42,079 nt of DNA from a virus. Lineage: Duplodnaviria > Caudoviricetes. The stretch covers positions 1-42,079 of IMG/VR virus record IMGVR_UViG_3300025518_000034, one strand, 5' to 3'. The translations under genes and the position numbers were made by a program. Each line of letters starts with the position of its first letter. The stretch's first letter is position 1. Positions 27,057 through 34,736 of this stretch are shown here, piece after piece. The notes under the pieces are model-generated. The model searched no databases, had not been told where the DNA came from, and saw only the letters and a program-made list of their open reading frames with translations.

Positions 27057-28113
27057 AGATCCGTCCCATCTGCTGTATGACGCCCGACAACTGGCGGCGC
27101 ACCGTGTGCAGGCCCTGCCGCTGCCTGAGGTCGTCAAAGTCCGTGTCTTTTTCTTGTCGGCTCCCCGCGTCGAACACCGGCCACACGATGTCGCAGCCGG
27201 CCACGTCCCTGGCCACCTGCTTGGCCATCGTGCGGCCCGGGTTGTTCAGCCGGCCTGTGCGCCGGTCGAATGTCATCCAGTCGTCGTCGGCGCAGATGAG
27301 CAGCCGCTTATGGGGGTAGAGGCTGCGCACCAGCGGAACCACGTGGGCCAGGTTGCCGCAGTCCCAGGCCACGAACACCGGGAACTGCTGGCCAACCCCC
27401 AGGCGAATGGACAGGCCGGTCGCGTAGCCCTCGCACACCATCACCAGCGGTGTGTCGTCATTGATGGCGCCCAGGCGCAGTGCACAGCCCGGCTTCTCGA
27501 AGCCCTTGAGGTACACCTTCGCACCGTCAGGACGAATGAACTGCAGCGCCCTGAGTGCCTCGTGCTTGGGGTAGTCATACCTGATCAGAGGCAGCACCAG
27601 GGTGCCCTCGGGCAACACCACCACGGTGTCCTTCTGGCCAGGCTCACCCGGCCAGCGCAGCGTGATCGACTTGACCAGGTAGCGGCAGCTCTCGCCCTGC
27701 AGGCCCTTGCCCTCCAGGTAGGGTGAGCGGCCCTCTTGCGACGCCTTGCGCCATAGGTCGATGGCGCTGGATCTGGCGAGTTCAGCCTCTTCCTTCGCCT
27801 TGAGCCTGGCGGCTTCGATCTGCGCCTTGCGCTCGGCCCGCTGCCGCTCGCGCTCTTGTTCGCTCAGGGGCGCCCATTCGACCTCCACCTTCTGGTACGC
27901 ACCGCCGTGGCGGTACGTGCCGAAAGAGCCGGTCAGATAGGCCCTGTTGTCCCGGGTGTGCTCATAAAGGGTGTACCAGTCCTTGCCACCCTTGCCGCAC
28001 GTCACCCGCTTGCCCAGGCGCTTGGGAAACCCGCTGTCCTTTCGGTCCTGCAGCTCGATCCCGAACGCCTCCATCTGGCGGATCACGTCGTGGTAATTCT
28101 CCCACGACGACAT
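27049..28113 (-). CDS. TOPRIM-domain DNA primase
   Basis: CEGYATGLS, ICADDD and TDFDDL motifs. Confidence 0.92.
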   Translation of the reverse strand: MSSWENYHDVIRQMEAFGIELQDRKDSGFPKRLGKRVTCGKGGKDWYTLYEHTRDNRAYLTGSFGTYRHGGAYQKVEVEWAPLSEQERERQRAERKAQIEAARLKAKEEAELARSSAIDLWRKASQEGRSPYLEGKGLQGESCRYLVKSITLRWPGEPGQKDTVVVLPEGTLVLPLIRYDYPKHEALRALQFIRPDGAKVYLKGFEKPGCALRLGAINDDTPLVMVCEGYATGLSIRLGVGQQFPVFVAWDCGNLAHVVPLVRSLYPHKRLLICADDDWMTFDRRTGRLNNPGRTMAKQVARDVAGCDIVWPVFDAGSRQEKDTDFDDLRQRQGLHTVRRQLSGVIQQMGRIYG

Positions 28114-28481
28114 CAGGGCGCGCTCCCCACCAGCACCCGGCGAAGGGCTGCGTTCTCTTCCAGGGCCAACCGCAGCCGGCGCTCGGTCTCAGACTCGACC
28201 CGGCGCATGGCGTGCAGATCCCAGCCACGGGCGTGGTTCATCCACAGCAGGGGCGCATCGTTGCCGCAGCGGTCCATCACCGCGCACAGCCGGGGCCAGA
28301 CCACACCTTCCTGACCGCTGGACCACCTTGAGAACTGCGCCTTGTCCAGCTTGAGGTCGGCCTGCAGCTGCTTGGGCTCAAGGCCGGCCAGCTCCAGGCA
28401 CAGCTCGATGGAACTGCCCAGCGAGGTCTTGCGAACCACCTCGGACGGGTTGACTTCTACGGGGATCGCCACCTGGTGCAT
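28113..28481 (-). CDS. CII-like HTH regulator
   Basis: KQLQADLKLDKAQFSRW HTH and C-terminal coiled coil; SD GAGAGG; directly upstream of the replication genes. Confidence 0.7.
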   Translation of the reverse strand: MHQVAIPVEVNPSEVVRKTSLGSSIELCLELAGLEPKQLQADLKLDKAQFSRWSSGQEGVVWPRLCAVMDRCGNDAPLLWMNHARGWDLHAMRRVESETERRLRLALEENAALRRVLVGSAP

Positions 28482-28705
28482 GGGGAGCCTCTCAAATTTG
28501 TTGAGTGGTGTTGAGAGGCTTGATCGGGCAAAAATTTTTGCCATGGACCAGCACCAACACCACCCGCAAGAAAAAACCGCCGACAGCACCCCTCACTCGG
28601 ACAGACAGGGAGGTTGGGACAGAAGGGGTACGGTCACCGCTGCAAGCGGCCACCTGGCGGAAACCAGCCGGGAAAGTGGACGGAACCCAAGCTGGACGGA
28701 CAAAG

Positions 28706-28774
28706 GGGCGGGCCTGCCCAGCCCGGTAGCATTGACGCAACCACCCATCAACACCACCTGGAAAGGACAGACCC
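28706..28774. repeat. Cassette leader copy 1 (promoter plus hairpin)
   Basis: 27 nt GGGCGGGCCTGCCCAGCCCGGTAGCAT identical to 29184-29210; ends AGGACAGACCC-ATG. Confidence 0.85.
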
Positions 28775-29026
28775 ATGAACTTCGACAACACCAACAACCC
28801 GCAGGCCCGACTGCCGCTGGACGCCGACAGCCTCAACGCGGTGGTCAACGCACTGGGGGCGGTGGTGATGTGCATGGTCAGGCGCCTGGAGCCAGAGGCC
28901 CAGCAGGCGTTCATTCGCGACTTGGCGGGCTTCGCGGCCGCCTGCGAGAAACAGGGCGACACGGTTACCGAGACCCTGCTGATCGATCTGCACCAGGGCG
29001 CGCAGAAGTTTGCAAAGGACCGCTGA
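28775..29026 (+). CDS. Small helical protein antisense to the PR operon (83 aa)
   Basis: SD GAAAGGA and upstream TAGCAT -10; natural-looking amphipathic sequence. Confidence 0.8.
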   Translation: MNFDNTNNPQARLPLDADSLNAVVNALGAVVMCMVRRLEPEAQQAFIRDLAGFAAACEKQGDTVTETLLIDLHQGAQKFAKDR

Positions 29027-29183
29027 CCACAAACCGGCGCTGCTGGCACCAGGCGATGAAGTTCGCCTCCAGTTCGGTCAGGCCGCCCATCGAAGACACG
29101 AGCCGGCACTTGGCCAGGCGTTGGGGTGTGGTGCTTCGCATCTCAAACAACTTTCTGTGCACACGGCACACCATGGATCACAA

Positions 29184-29251
29184 GGGCGGGCCTGCCCAGC
29201 CCGGTAGCATGGAAGTTCCGCAACATCGCTATCACCAGGAAGGGCAGACCC
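29184..29251. repeat. Cassette leader copy 2 (promoter plus hairpin)
   Basis: Same 27-mer; ends AGGGCAGACCC-ATG. Confidence 0.85.
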
Positions 29252-29560
29252 ATGATCGATCCCGAAAAATTCCAGAAGGAAACCATCAAGGCCATCGAGG
29301 ACCTTCACCAGACATTTCGACAGACGATGAGCCGCCAGTTGGCGCTCTCGGCGGTGACCCGCGCCCTGCTGGCTCGGGTTCCGCTGGCGGCTCTGCCCCA
29401 CCTGCTGGAGGAGTACGAGGCCGAGGTGGACTCCATGGCGGCGCAACTGCACCCCAGGCACCAGGAGCCGGCTTACTGGCTCGAATGGTCAGCACTGATA
29501 GAAGCCCGCATAGCTCAGCTTCGGCGCGAGCAAAGTCCAGGAACACGCGGCGCAGACTGA
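29252..29560 (+). CDS. Small helical protein antisense to the PR operon (102 aa, MIDPEKF...)
   Basis: SD AGGAAGG; same leader as the 28775 gene. Confidence 0.8.
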   Translation: MIDPEKFQKETIKAIEDLHQTFRQTMSRQLALSAVTRALLARVPLAALPHLLEEYEAEVDSMAAQLHPRHQEPAYWLEWSALIEARIAQLRREQSPGTRGAD

Positions 29561-29598
29561 CGCGGCCCACAGCGCGATCGAAGCCGGCCAGACTGGCG

Positions 29599-29841
29599 TC
29601 AACCATGCGCGGCCCCCTGCTCTGCGCGCTGCTGCGCATTCGTATCTTGGGCTGCTGGCGTTTTGCTGACGAAGTAATCGGCCAGAGCCTGCACGTGCCG
29701 CACGCCCGGGTTGGGAGTGACGCCGTTCGCGATCTTCTTGAGGGTGTCGTAGGGCACACCAGTGGCCTTGGCCACCTCGACCCAGGACCTGTCGCGACGG
29801 CGCAGGTTCGTCAACACGAAATCAAGCAGGTTTGAGTTCAT
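29599..29841 (-). CDS. cro: Cro-like HTH repressor (80 aa, MNSNLLDF...)
   Basis: WVEVAKATGVPYDTLKKIANGVTPNPG XRE-type HTH; divergent from cI. Confidence 0.85.
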   Translation of the reverse strand: MNSNLLDFVLTNLRRRDRSWVEVAKATGVPYDTLKKIANGVTPNPGVRHVQALADYFVSKTPAAQDTNAQQRAEQGAAHG

Positions 29842-29847
29842 GCCGGC

Positions 29848-29911
29848 ATTAGACCGAATTCGGCTTGTTTGGTCAAGCCGAATTCGGTCCTGTTGGCGGA
29901 CCAAAATTGGA
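29848..29911. promoter_or_regulatory. PR/PRM switch with three operators
   Basis: PR (minus) TTGACC-N17-TCTAAT at 29876-29848. Palindromes CCGAATTCGG at 29854 and 29878; degenerate CCAAAATTGG at 29901 over the putative PRM -10 (CAAAAT). Confidence 0.85.
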
Positions 29912-29913
29912 TC

Positions 29914-30264
29914 ATGAGCATTGAGCAAGTACTCGCCGCCAACTTGGATGCACTCATGTCCGTGCATCCGGAGTTCAAATCCCAGATGAAGCTGAGCAAG
30001 GCATCGGGAGTTGGGCAGACAACCGTAGGCAGGATGAGGCGGGCCGAGGGGGCCGCAACCATCGACAACGTTCAAAAGGTGGCCAAGGTCTTCAACCTTC
30101 AAGCACCTGATTTGCTCAAGCCTGGTTTTGCTAAGCGACTACTTCAAAACTCGACGCACGCGATGCTGGCCACTTCTATCGCGTCTCAGATCGAGACGTT
30201 AGGTTTTACGGAAAAGCAGCTACAGATTGTCCAAAACACCTTAGACGCACTGAAATCTGGATGA
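29914..30264 (+). CDS. cI: CI-like XRE repressor without an S24 peptidase domain (116 aa)
   Basis: SQMKLSKASGVGQTTVGRMRRAE HTH; divergent from cro across the operators. Confidence 0.85.
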   Translation: MSIEQVLAANLDALMSVHPEFKSQMKLSKASGVGQTTVGRMRRAEGAATIDNVQKVAKVFNLQAPDLLKPGFAKRLLQNSTHAMLATSIASQIETLGFTEKQLQIVQNTLDALKSG

Positions 30265-31169
30265 CAAAGAACGCCACAGAGCGAACAGCATCAGGGAGAG
30301 CCAAGCAACCGCCGATCTACCATGTATCTGGGACCGCCCAGATGCGGGAGGGTGACCATACGCACGACACTTGGCATGTGCGTGTGGTGCACGCGGAAGC
30401 CGGCAACCAGTCGCTGCCGATGATCGTCAAGCGCATTCCGTCGCAGGTCACAGCGGCGGTAGAGATTGCTTGCGGGCTGGCCGCGCGTGAGCTTCGCTTC
30501 AACGTGCCCATGGCCGGCCTGGTGGTCGCTGAGCGCGACGACCTCCCGGGGCTGGACAACCAAGTTCTCGGCGAACGATTCTTGCTAGTGGGCAGCCACT
30601 ACCAGCACCCCGACGCACTGTTTGCCGAAGTGGTGAACGGGAACCCCGCCGCCGAATCACTGATCTGGGACAGTCTTTGTGCCACCAACGTGGGCAGACA
30701 AGGCGCGGCCTGGGATGAACTGATCGCCAACCCCGATCGCCATTGCGAAAACGTGCTGTTCGACGGCACCACCTGGTGGCTGTTCGACCACGACCAGGCG
30801 CTCGAACCTGCCGCCAGTTTCGCTAAGAACTCTGATAACCAGACCATCCGGCTGGATGCAATCGCCTTCAATGCAGCAGAGAACCAGCTGGCGGAGCACC
30901 TGATCCGCCGGTACTCCGGGCAGCTGCAGGCGATCATGGACCAGATCAAGCGGCTGGATACTGGGGGGAAACGGCTTCAGACCCTAGCCCACTACGCGCG
31001 GGATTGGTCACATCCGGACGCAGAGATCCACCACGTGCTACAGCTCATAGGGGTAATATTGGGATTGATCCACCTTCGGCTGCCGGCACAGGCTGAAAAG
31101 CTCCAGCAAAGGCTGGTGCCTGGAAAAGCCTCCTTTGCCACATGGACATCACCAAAGCGAAAGCTCTGA
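30261..31169 (+). CDS. HipA-like Ser/Thr kinase
   Basis: IVK lysine, AVEIAC glutamate, catalytic loop DELIANPDRHCENVL and LFDHD. Confidence 0.85.
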   Translation: MTKNATERTASGRAKQPPIYHVSGTAQMREGDHTHDTWHVRVVHAEAGNQSLPMIVKRIPSQVTAAVEIACGLAARELRFNVPMAGLVVAERDDLPGLDNQVLGERFLLVGSHYQHPDALFAEVVNGNPAAESLIWDSLCATNVGRQGAAWDELIANPDRHCENVLFDGTTWWLFDHDQALEPAASFAKNSDNQTIRLDAIAFNAAENQLAEHLIRRYSGQLQAIMDQIKRLDTGGKRLQTLAHYARDWSHPDAEIHHVLQLIGVILGLIHLRLPAQAEKLQQRLVPGKASFATWTSPKRKL

Positions 31170-32026
31170 CCACACCGGCTATCAAGGCCCGGTTTGCGCC
31201 AGTGCTCTGGGAACCGATGCCGGGCAGCGGCGAGCGCTTCTGCGGCATCGTGTTGTTGGTGCCCGAGCTGGACACAACGGTCATGTTGACGCCGGCAGCA
31301 CACGTCGTAGTTAACACGCGGCGGCTTAAAGCCATGCTGGGTGCCGAGCGGGGGGAGTCGGCCGCCGGCATTCTGCAACAGGCCGCCGAGTTCATGACGC
31401 GGCGCCTCCATGTGGACTCCGCCCTGGAAGCCTGCCTGCCGCCCTTCAAGGGCTTCAGCGTGGGGACCGTCCGCCGTGTCAAGGGCTTTACTCCTGAGCA
31501 GGTACTGGACACCGCTGTGCGCCTGGTGTCGGCTTTTGGCAACGCCGACGACCTGCTGGACGAAGGCCTGCTCGAAAACAACCACTCCACTGCCACCACC
31601 CGCGAGTTTCTGGCCCGGGTACAAACGGCCTTTGCCCCGCACGACGATGAGCGCCGCCAGCGCTTTCTACGGCGGGTGGACACCAATGCCGGCAGCGTGA
31701 CCATTGACTACGTACACAAAGCCCACCTGGTGCAGTTCGCCACGGCGCCAGTCACCGAGCGCCAGGCCCAGAACATGCGGCGCGAAGCGGAAGCAAAGAT
31801 GCTGGAGACCCTCACCGTTCGCGCAACGGTGATGGAAAACAACGCCCAATCCCGCCTGATCATCAACACCGCTCCCCTATTCGTAGGAGGCATTTCGTCG
31901 GAAGCTCAGGACACCGCAAGCGCAGCCATGGCACACTATTCAGCTATCGCACAAGTTCATGGGTTTGACACCACCGAAGTGTCCACACACGACGAGGCAG
32001 TGCACGCCTTGCTGTCCCTGGACTGA
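31142..32026 (+). CDS. DUF3037-like partner of the kinase
   Basis: N-terminal VLWEPMPGSGERFCGIVLL motif; overlaps the kinase 3' end by 28 nt. Confidence 0.6.
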   Translation: MDITKAKALTTPAIKARFAPVLWEPMPGSGERFCGIVLLVPELDTTVMLTPAAHVVVNTRRLKAMLGAERGESAAGILQQAAEFMTRRLHVDSALEACLPPFKGFSVGTVRRVKGFTPEQVLDTAVRLVSAFGNADDLLDEGLLENNHSTATTREFLARVQTAFAPHDDERRQRFLRRVDTNAGSVTIDYVHKAHLVQFATAPVTERQAQNMRREAEAKMLETLTVRATVMENNAQSRLIINTAPLFVGGISSEAQDTASAAMAHYSAIAQVHGFDTTEVSTHDEAVHALLSLD

Positions 32027-32042
32027 TCCACAGGAGAGAGGC

Positions 32043-32270
32043 ATGGCCACCACCAACACGCCAAAGGCGCCTTCGTCAGGAACTTGGGTCGTTCAAAGTG
32101 CAAGCGGCGGCCGTGTCGTGGCCGTGAGCCTGGCCGATCCCCAGTTTCGTGTCCTTGTATCAGCCCTGCAGGCCAGGGTGACCGAAGACAGCGCCAGCTC
32201 AAAGGCTTTCCTCAAGTCTGTGGGCATCATGAACAAGTCGGGTAAGACCGCAAGAAGCTTCGGCGGCTGA
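32043..32270 (+). CDS. Small protein (75 aa), antitoxin candidate
   Basis: SD AGGAGAGAGG; ends 9 nt before the ART-like gene. Confidence 0.7.
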   Translation: MATTNTPKAPSSGTWVVQSASGGRVVAVSLADPQFRVLVSALQARVTEDSASSKAFLKSVGIMNKSGKTARSFGG

Positions 32271-32279
32271 TCGCCGAGC

Positions 32280-32933
32280 ATGCCCGGGGCACCCACCTAC
32301 ACGCTGTACCAGCGGCTTCCCGGTCTGGTACTTGGCTTTCACGGTTGCGACGCCGAGATTGGCGAGCGACTACTACGTGGTGACATCACACACCTGGAGC
32401 CAAGCACCAACAAGCATGACTGGCTCGGCAACGGCATTTACTTCTGGGAGAACGACCCCCTTCGCGCATGGGAGTTCGCCGAAGACCAGAAGAAAAAGCC
32501 TTACACATCCAAGGGTCATGTCAAAAACCCCTTCGTGCTGGGCGCGGTGATCGACCTTGGCCTGTGCCTTAACCTGGCCGACCGCAAAGCACTGGACGAA
32601 CTCAAGGTTGCGCAACGCATCCTGCGGGCTACCTACCAGCAGACGGGCGAACCCATGCCCAAGAACGTCGGCCAGAACATGAGCGCACGGTTCCTGGACC
32701 GGGCCGCCATCGAAATGCTGCACGCCCTGCGCAAGTCACTTTCAGAAGACCTTCAAGGCGCCGGAGAACCCGGGCTACCGCAGTACGACAGCGTGCGCAG
32801 CCCCTTCCCGGAAGGGGGTCGGCTGTACACCGGGGCAGGCTTTCGGTCAAGGAATCACATCCAGATCGCGGTTCGAAACCCGGACTGCATCAAAGGCTAT
32901 TTCAGGCCGATTCCAAAAAACAGACCGTTTTAG
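32280..32933 (+). CDS. ADP-ribosyltransferase-fold protein (H-Y class)
   Basis: GFHGC, WLGNGIYFW and HIQIAVRN motifs. Confidence 0.65.
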   Translation: MPGAPTYTLYQRLPGLVLGFHGCDAEIGERLLRGDITHLEPSTNKHDWLGNGIYFWENDPLRAWEFAEDQKKKPYTSKGHVKNPFVLGAVIDLGLCLNLADRKALDELKVAQRILRATYQQTGEPMPKNVGQNMSARFLDRAAIEMLHALRKSLSEDLQGAGEPGLPQYDSVRSPFPEGGRLYTGAGFRSRNHIQIAVRNPDCIKGYFRPIPKNRPF

Positions 32934-32966
32934 GTCTTTACAAACAAACCGAATTCGGTCTAGTAT
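32924..32966 (+). promoter_or_regulatory. PL promoter with OL operators
   Basis: TTTACA (32937)-N18-TAGTAT (32961); perfect ACCGAATTCGGT at 32948-32959 and degenerate ACCGTTTTAGGT just upstream. Confidence 0.8.
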
Positions 32967-32996
32967 GCGGTCCACGTTCAACACGAGGACCGCAAA

Positions 32997-33458
32997 ATGC
33001 TCTCTTCCAGCACCCAGGCCGCGGGCAGCGGCCAAACTTCACGACACGTCGGTGAACGCCGAAACGTGCTGGCAAACCCGGCAGGTCATCAAAGCCTGCT
33101 TGATGCCGACCTCTCCGAACATCGGGTCGTCCCGGCTCCCTGTTCGAGCCAGGTCAACTGCCCCGCATGCGTCGCATCGCCATCCCTTCGGGTTGTCCTT
33201 GGCAAAGCGGTCAAGCCGGCTCTGACTGTCCTGCGCTTGCGCCTGGGTCTGTTGCAGCTTCATGCGCAGATCGCTGTTCTCTCGCTCCAGCGCCCCGATC
33301 CGCTCTCGCAGAAGGGCCAGGTGCTCGCGGAGCACCGTGGCCGAGCCGCGCTCGTTGATCAGCGCCTCGACCTTATTCAGCAGCGTCTCAAGCATTTCGT
33401 GTTCCTCCGTGGGGCTACGTGCTCCCATCGTACCCACGCCAAAGGCGGTGCAGCATGA
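32997..33458 (+). CDS. First PL ORF, covering an antisense gene (function doubtful)
   Basis: SD GAGGA; ends KGGAA* in an ATGA overlap with the next gene. Confidence 0.35.
   Translation: MLSSSTQAAGSGQTSRHVGERRNVLANPAGHQSLLDADLSEHRVVPAPCSSQVNCPACVASPSLRVVLGKAVKPALTVLRLRLGLLQLHAQIAVLSLQRPDPLSQKGQVLAEHRGRAALVDQRLDLIQQRLKHFVFLRGATCSHRTHAKGGAA
33039..33395 (-). CDS. Coiled-coil plus zinc-ribbon protein antisense to the PL operon (118 aa)
   Basis: SD GGAGGA and -10 TACGAT; CDAC...CRVC. Confidence 0.8.
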   Translation of the reverse strand: MLETLLNKVEALINERGSATVLREHLALLRERIGALERENSDLRMKLQQTQAQAQDSQSRLDRFAKDNPKGWRCDACGAVDLARTGSRDDPMFGEVGIKQALMTCRVCQHVSAFTDVS

Positions 33459-33667
33459 CCGCCGCTGTACGCAGCTACCGCTGCACCTACCACCCCAAGG
33501 ACACCAACGGTTTTCCGGTCGCGGCTGAGACGGGTGTGCTGCCCAGCATCCGCATTCGGGCCGCCAACGCCGAGCAAGCCGCCATGCTTGCCCACGCCAC
33601 CACCGGCTGCGTGATCGCTCTTACCGAGCGCATCGAGCCGGAGGACGAAACCGAGGGGGTGGCGTGA
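33455..33667 (+). CDS. Early hypothetical protein (70 aa, MTAAVRSY...)
   Basis: Coupled overlaps at both ends. Confidence 0.7.
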   Translation: MTAAVRSYRCTYHPKDTNGFPVAAETGVLPSIRIRAANAEQAAMLAHATTGCVIALTERIEPEDETEGVA

Positions 33668-33924
33668 TGGCTCCAAAGCACTCCCAAGCTACCGCGAGCA
33701 TTCAGCGCCGCCTGGAGCGGTGGGAGCTTGATCACCTGCGCGCTCTGTGCGCAGTGCAAGCCGAAGAAATCGACCGCCTGCAGCGTGAACTGATCTACGC
33801 CGAGGACTGCGCGGACATGTGGCAGCGCGGGCACGAGCGGATGGTCGAGCATCTCGGCGACCAGCACGCGGTCGGCCTGACTCAGGCTGGCGAGATCGTG
33901 GTGGTGGAAGGCGGTGCCCAATGA
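33664..33924 (+). CDS. Early coiled-coil hypothetical protein
   Basis: RRLERWELDHLR motif; coupled overlaps. Confidence 0.75.
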   Translation: MMAPKHSQATASIQRRLERWELDHLRALCAVQAEEIDRLQRELIYAEDCADMWQRGHERMVEHLGDQHAVGLTQAGEIVVVEGGAQ

Positions 33925-34451
33925 GCAGCCTTCTCAAACGCCTGCAGCGTGCCCTACTGGTGCTTCGCTGCAGCGGAGACCCGATATTCGTCCATGGCAC
34001 GGGCGCCGCCGACGAACTTCAAACCACACGCGGTGGTTGCATAGAAGCGTCGAACTCCCTGCCATCCATTGGCTGGCGCTTCTGTCATGGGCTGCATCAC
34101 TGTGACCGATGCCCGAGGTTCGAGGCGTACCGGCAAGGTCTCGCCGCGCATGAAGATGGGGATCGCAATCTGAGCGTGGCTATCGGTGCCAAGCAGATCC
34201 ATGCCGATGTGGGTGACCGTGACCGGGAAAGTGCTCAGGTTGACCAGGTCGATAAGAAAGACCCTGGCACCCTTTGTGGTCTGACCGAACGAGACCTTCA
34301 CTCGCAAACGAGCCCGGTCCTGTATCCAGTTTCTCCAGGCGTTGTAGATGCCCAGCACGGCACCCAGCAGCGCGATGGCAAAGGTGACGTACTCGAAAAC
34401 AACCTTGGTATCAGGAGCCATGGAGGCACTGTAACGGAGGCCGCAGCATGA
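33921..34451 (+). CDS. Sense ORF spanning an antisense gene (function doubtful)
   Basis: ATGA overlaps with real genes at both ends. Confidence 0.35.
   Translation: MSSLLKRLQRALLVLRCSGDPIFVHGTGAADELQTTRGGCIEASNSLPSIGWRFCHGLHHCDRCPRFEAYRQGLAAHEDGDRNLSVAIGAKQIHADVGDRDRESAQVDQVDKKDPGTLCGLTERDLHSQTSPVLYPVSPGVVDAQHGTQQRDGKGDVLENNLGIRSHGGTVTEAAA
33954..34421 (-). CDS. Membrane-anchored beta-rich protein antisense to the PL operon (155 aa, MAPDTKV...)
   Basis: N-terminal TM helix followed by a beta-rich domain; -10 TACAGT 6 nt before the ATG. Confidence 0.8.
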   Translation of the reverse strand: MAPDTKVVFEYVTFAIALLGAVLGIYNAWRNWIQDRARLRVKVSFGQTTKGARVFLIDLVNLSTFPVTVTHIGMDLLGTDSHAQIAIPIFMRGETLPVRLEPRASVTVMQPMTEAPANGWQGVRRFYATTACGLKFVGGARAMDEYRVSAAAKHQ

Positions 34452-34600
34452 CCCGTCCCGCCTTTGCTCCTGGCGTGATCGAACGCCACTCCCGCCAGCG
34501 CAGCACACGGCTCAAGTGGCTCAGGCGCACCGCCATCCTGGTGGCGCTGGTCTCCACCATCTACACGCTGGCATTCACTGCCGGCTACCACTGGGGGTGA
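34448..34600 (+). CDS. 50-aa single-TM protein
   Basis: Hand translation MTRPAFAPG...AILVALVSTIYTLAFTAGYHWG; SD GGAGG. Confidence 0.65.
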   Translation: MTRPAFAPGVIERHSRQRSTRLKWLRRTAILVALVSTIYTLAFTAGYHWG

Positions 34601-34603
34601 GCC

Positions 34604-34735
34604 ATGCGCGCGCACCGCCAGAACTTCACCCCTCCACCACAACCCAGTCGCACCGACTGGAGCGGCGTGTTCATCATCGTGGGCACCGCCGTTGCCGCCC
34701 TGGCAGCCATGCTGGCCCTGCACTGGAGTCGCTGA
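34604..34735 (+). CDS. 43-aa single-TM protein
   Basis: Hand translation MRAHRQNF...VFIIVGTAVAALAAMLALHWSR. Confidence 0.6.
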   Translation: MRAHRQNFTPPPQPSRTDWSGVFIIVGTAVAALAAMLALHWSR

Positions 34736-34736
34736 C

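Noticed and set aside
28965-29606. Minus-strand ORFs 29286-29606 and 28965-29174 as genuine proteins
   Set aside because: The first is coupled to cro, but both run into the antisense genes and turn low-complexity. They may be translated leaders; there is not enough support to annotate them.
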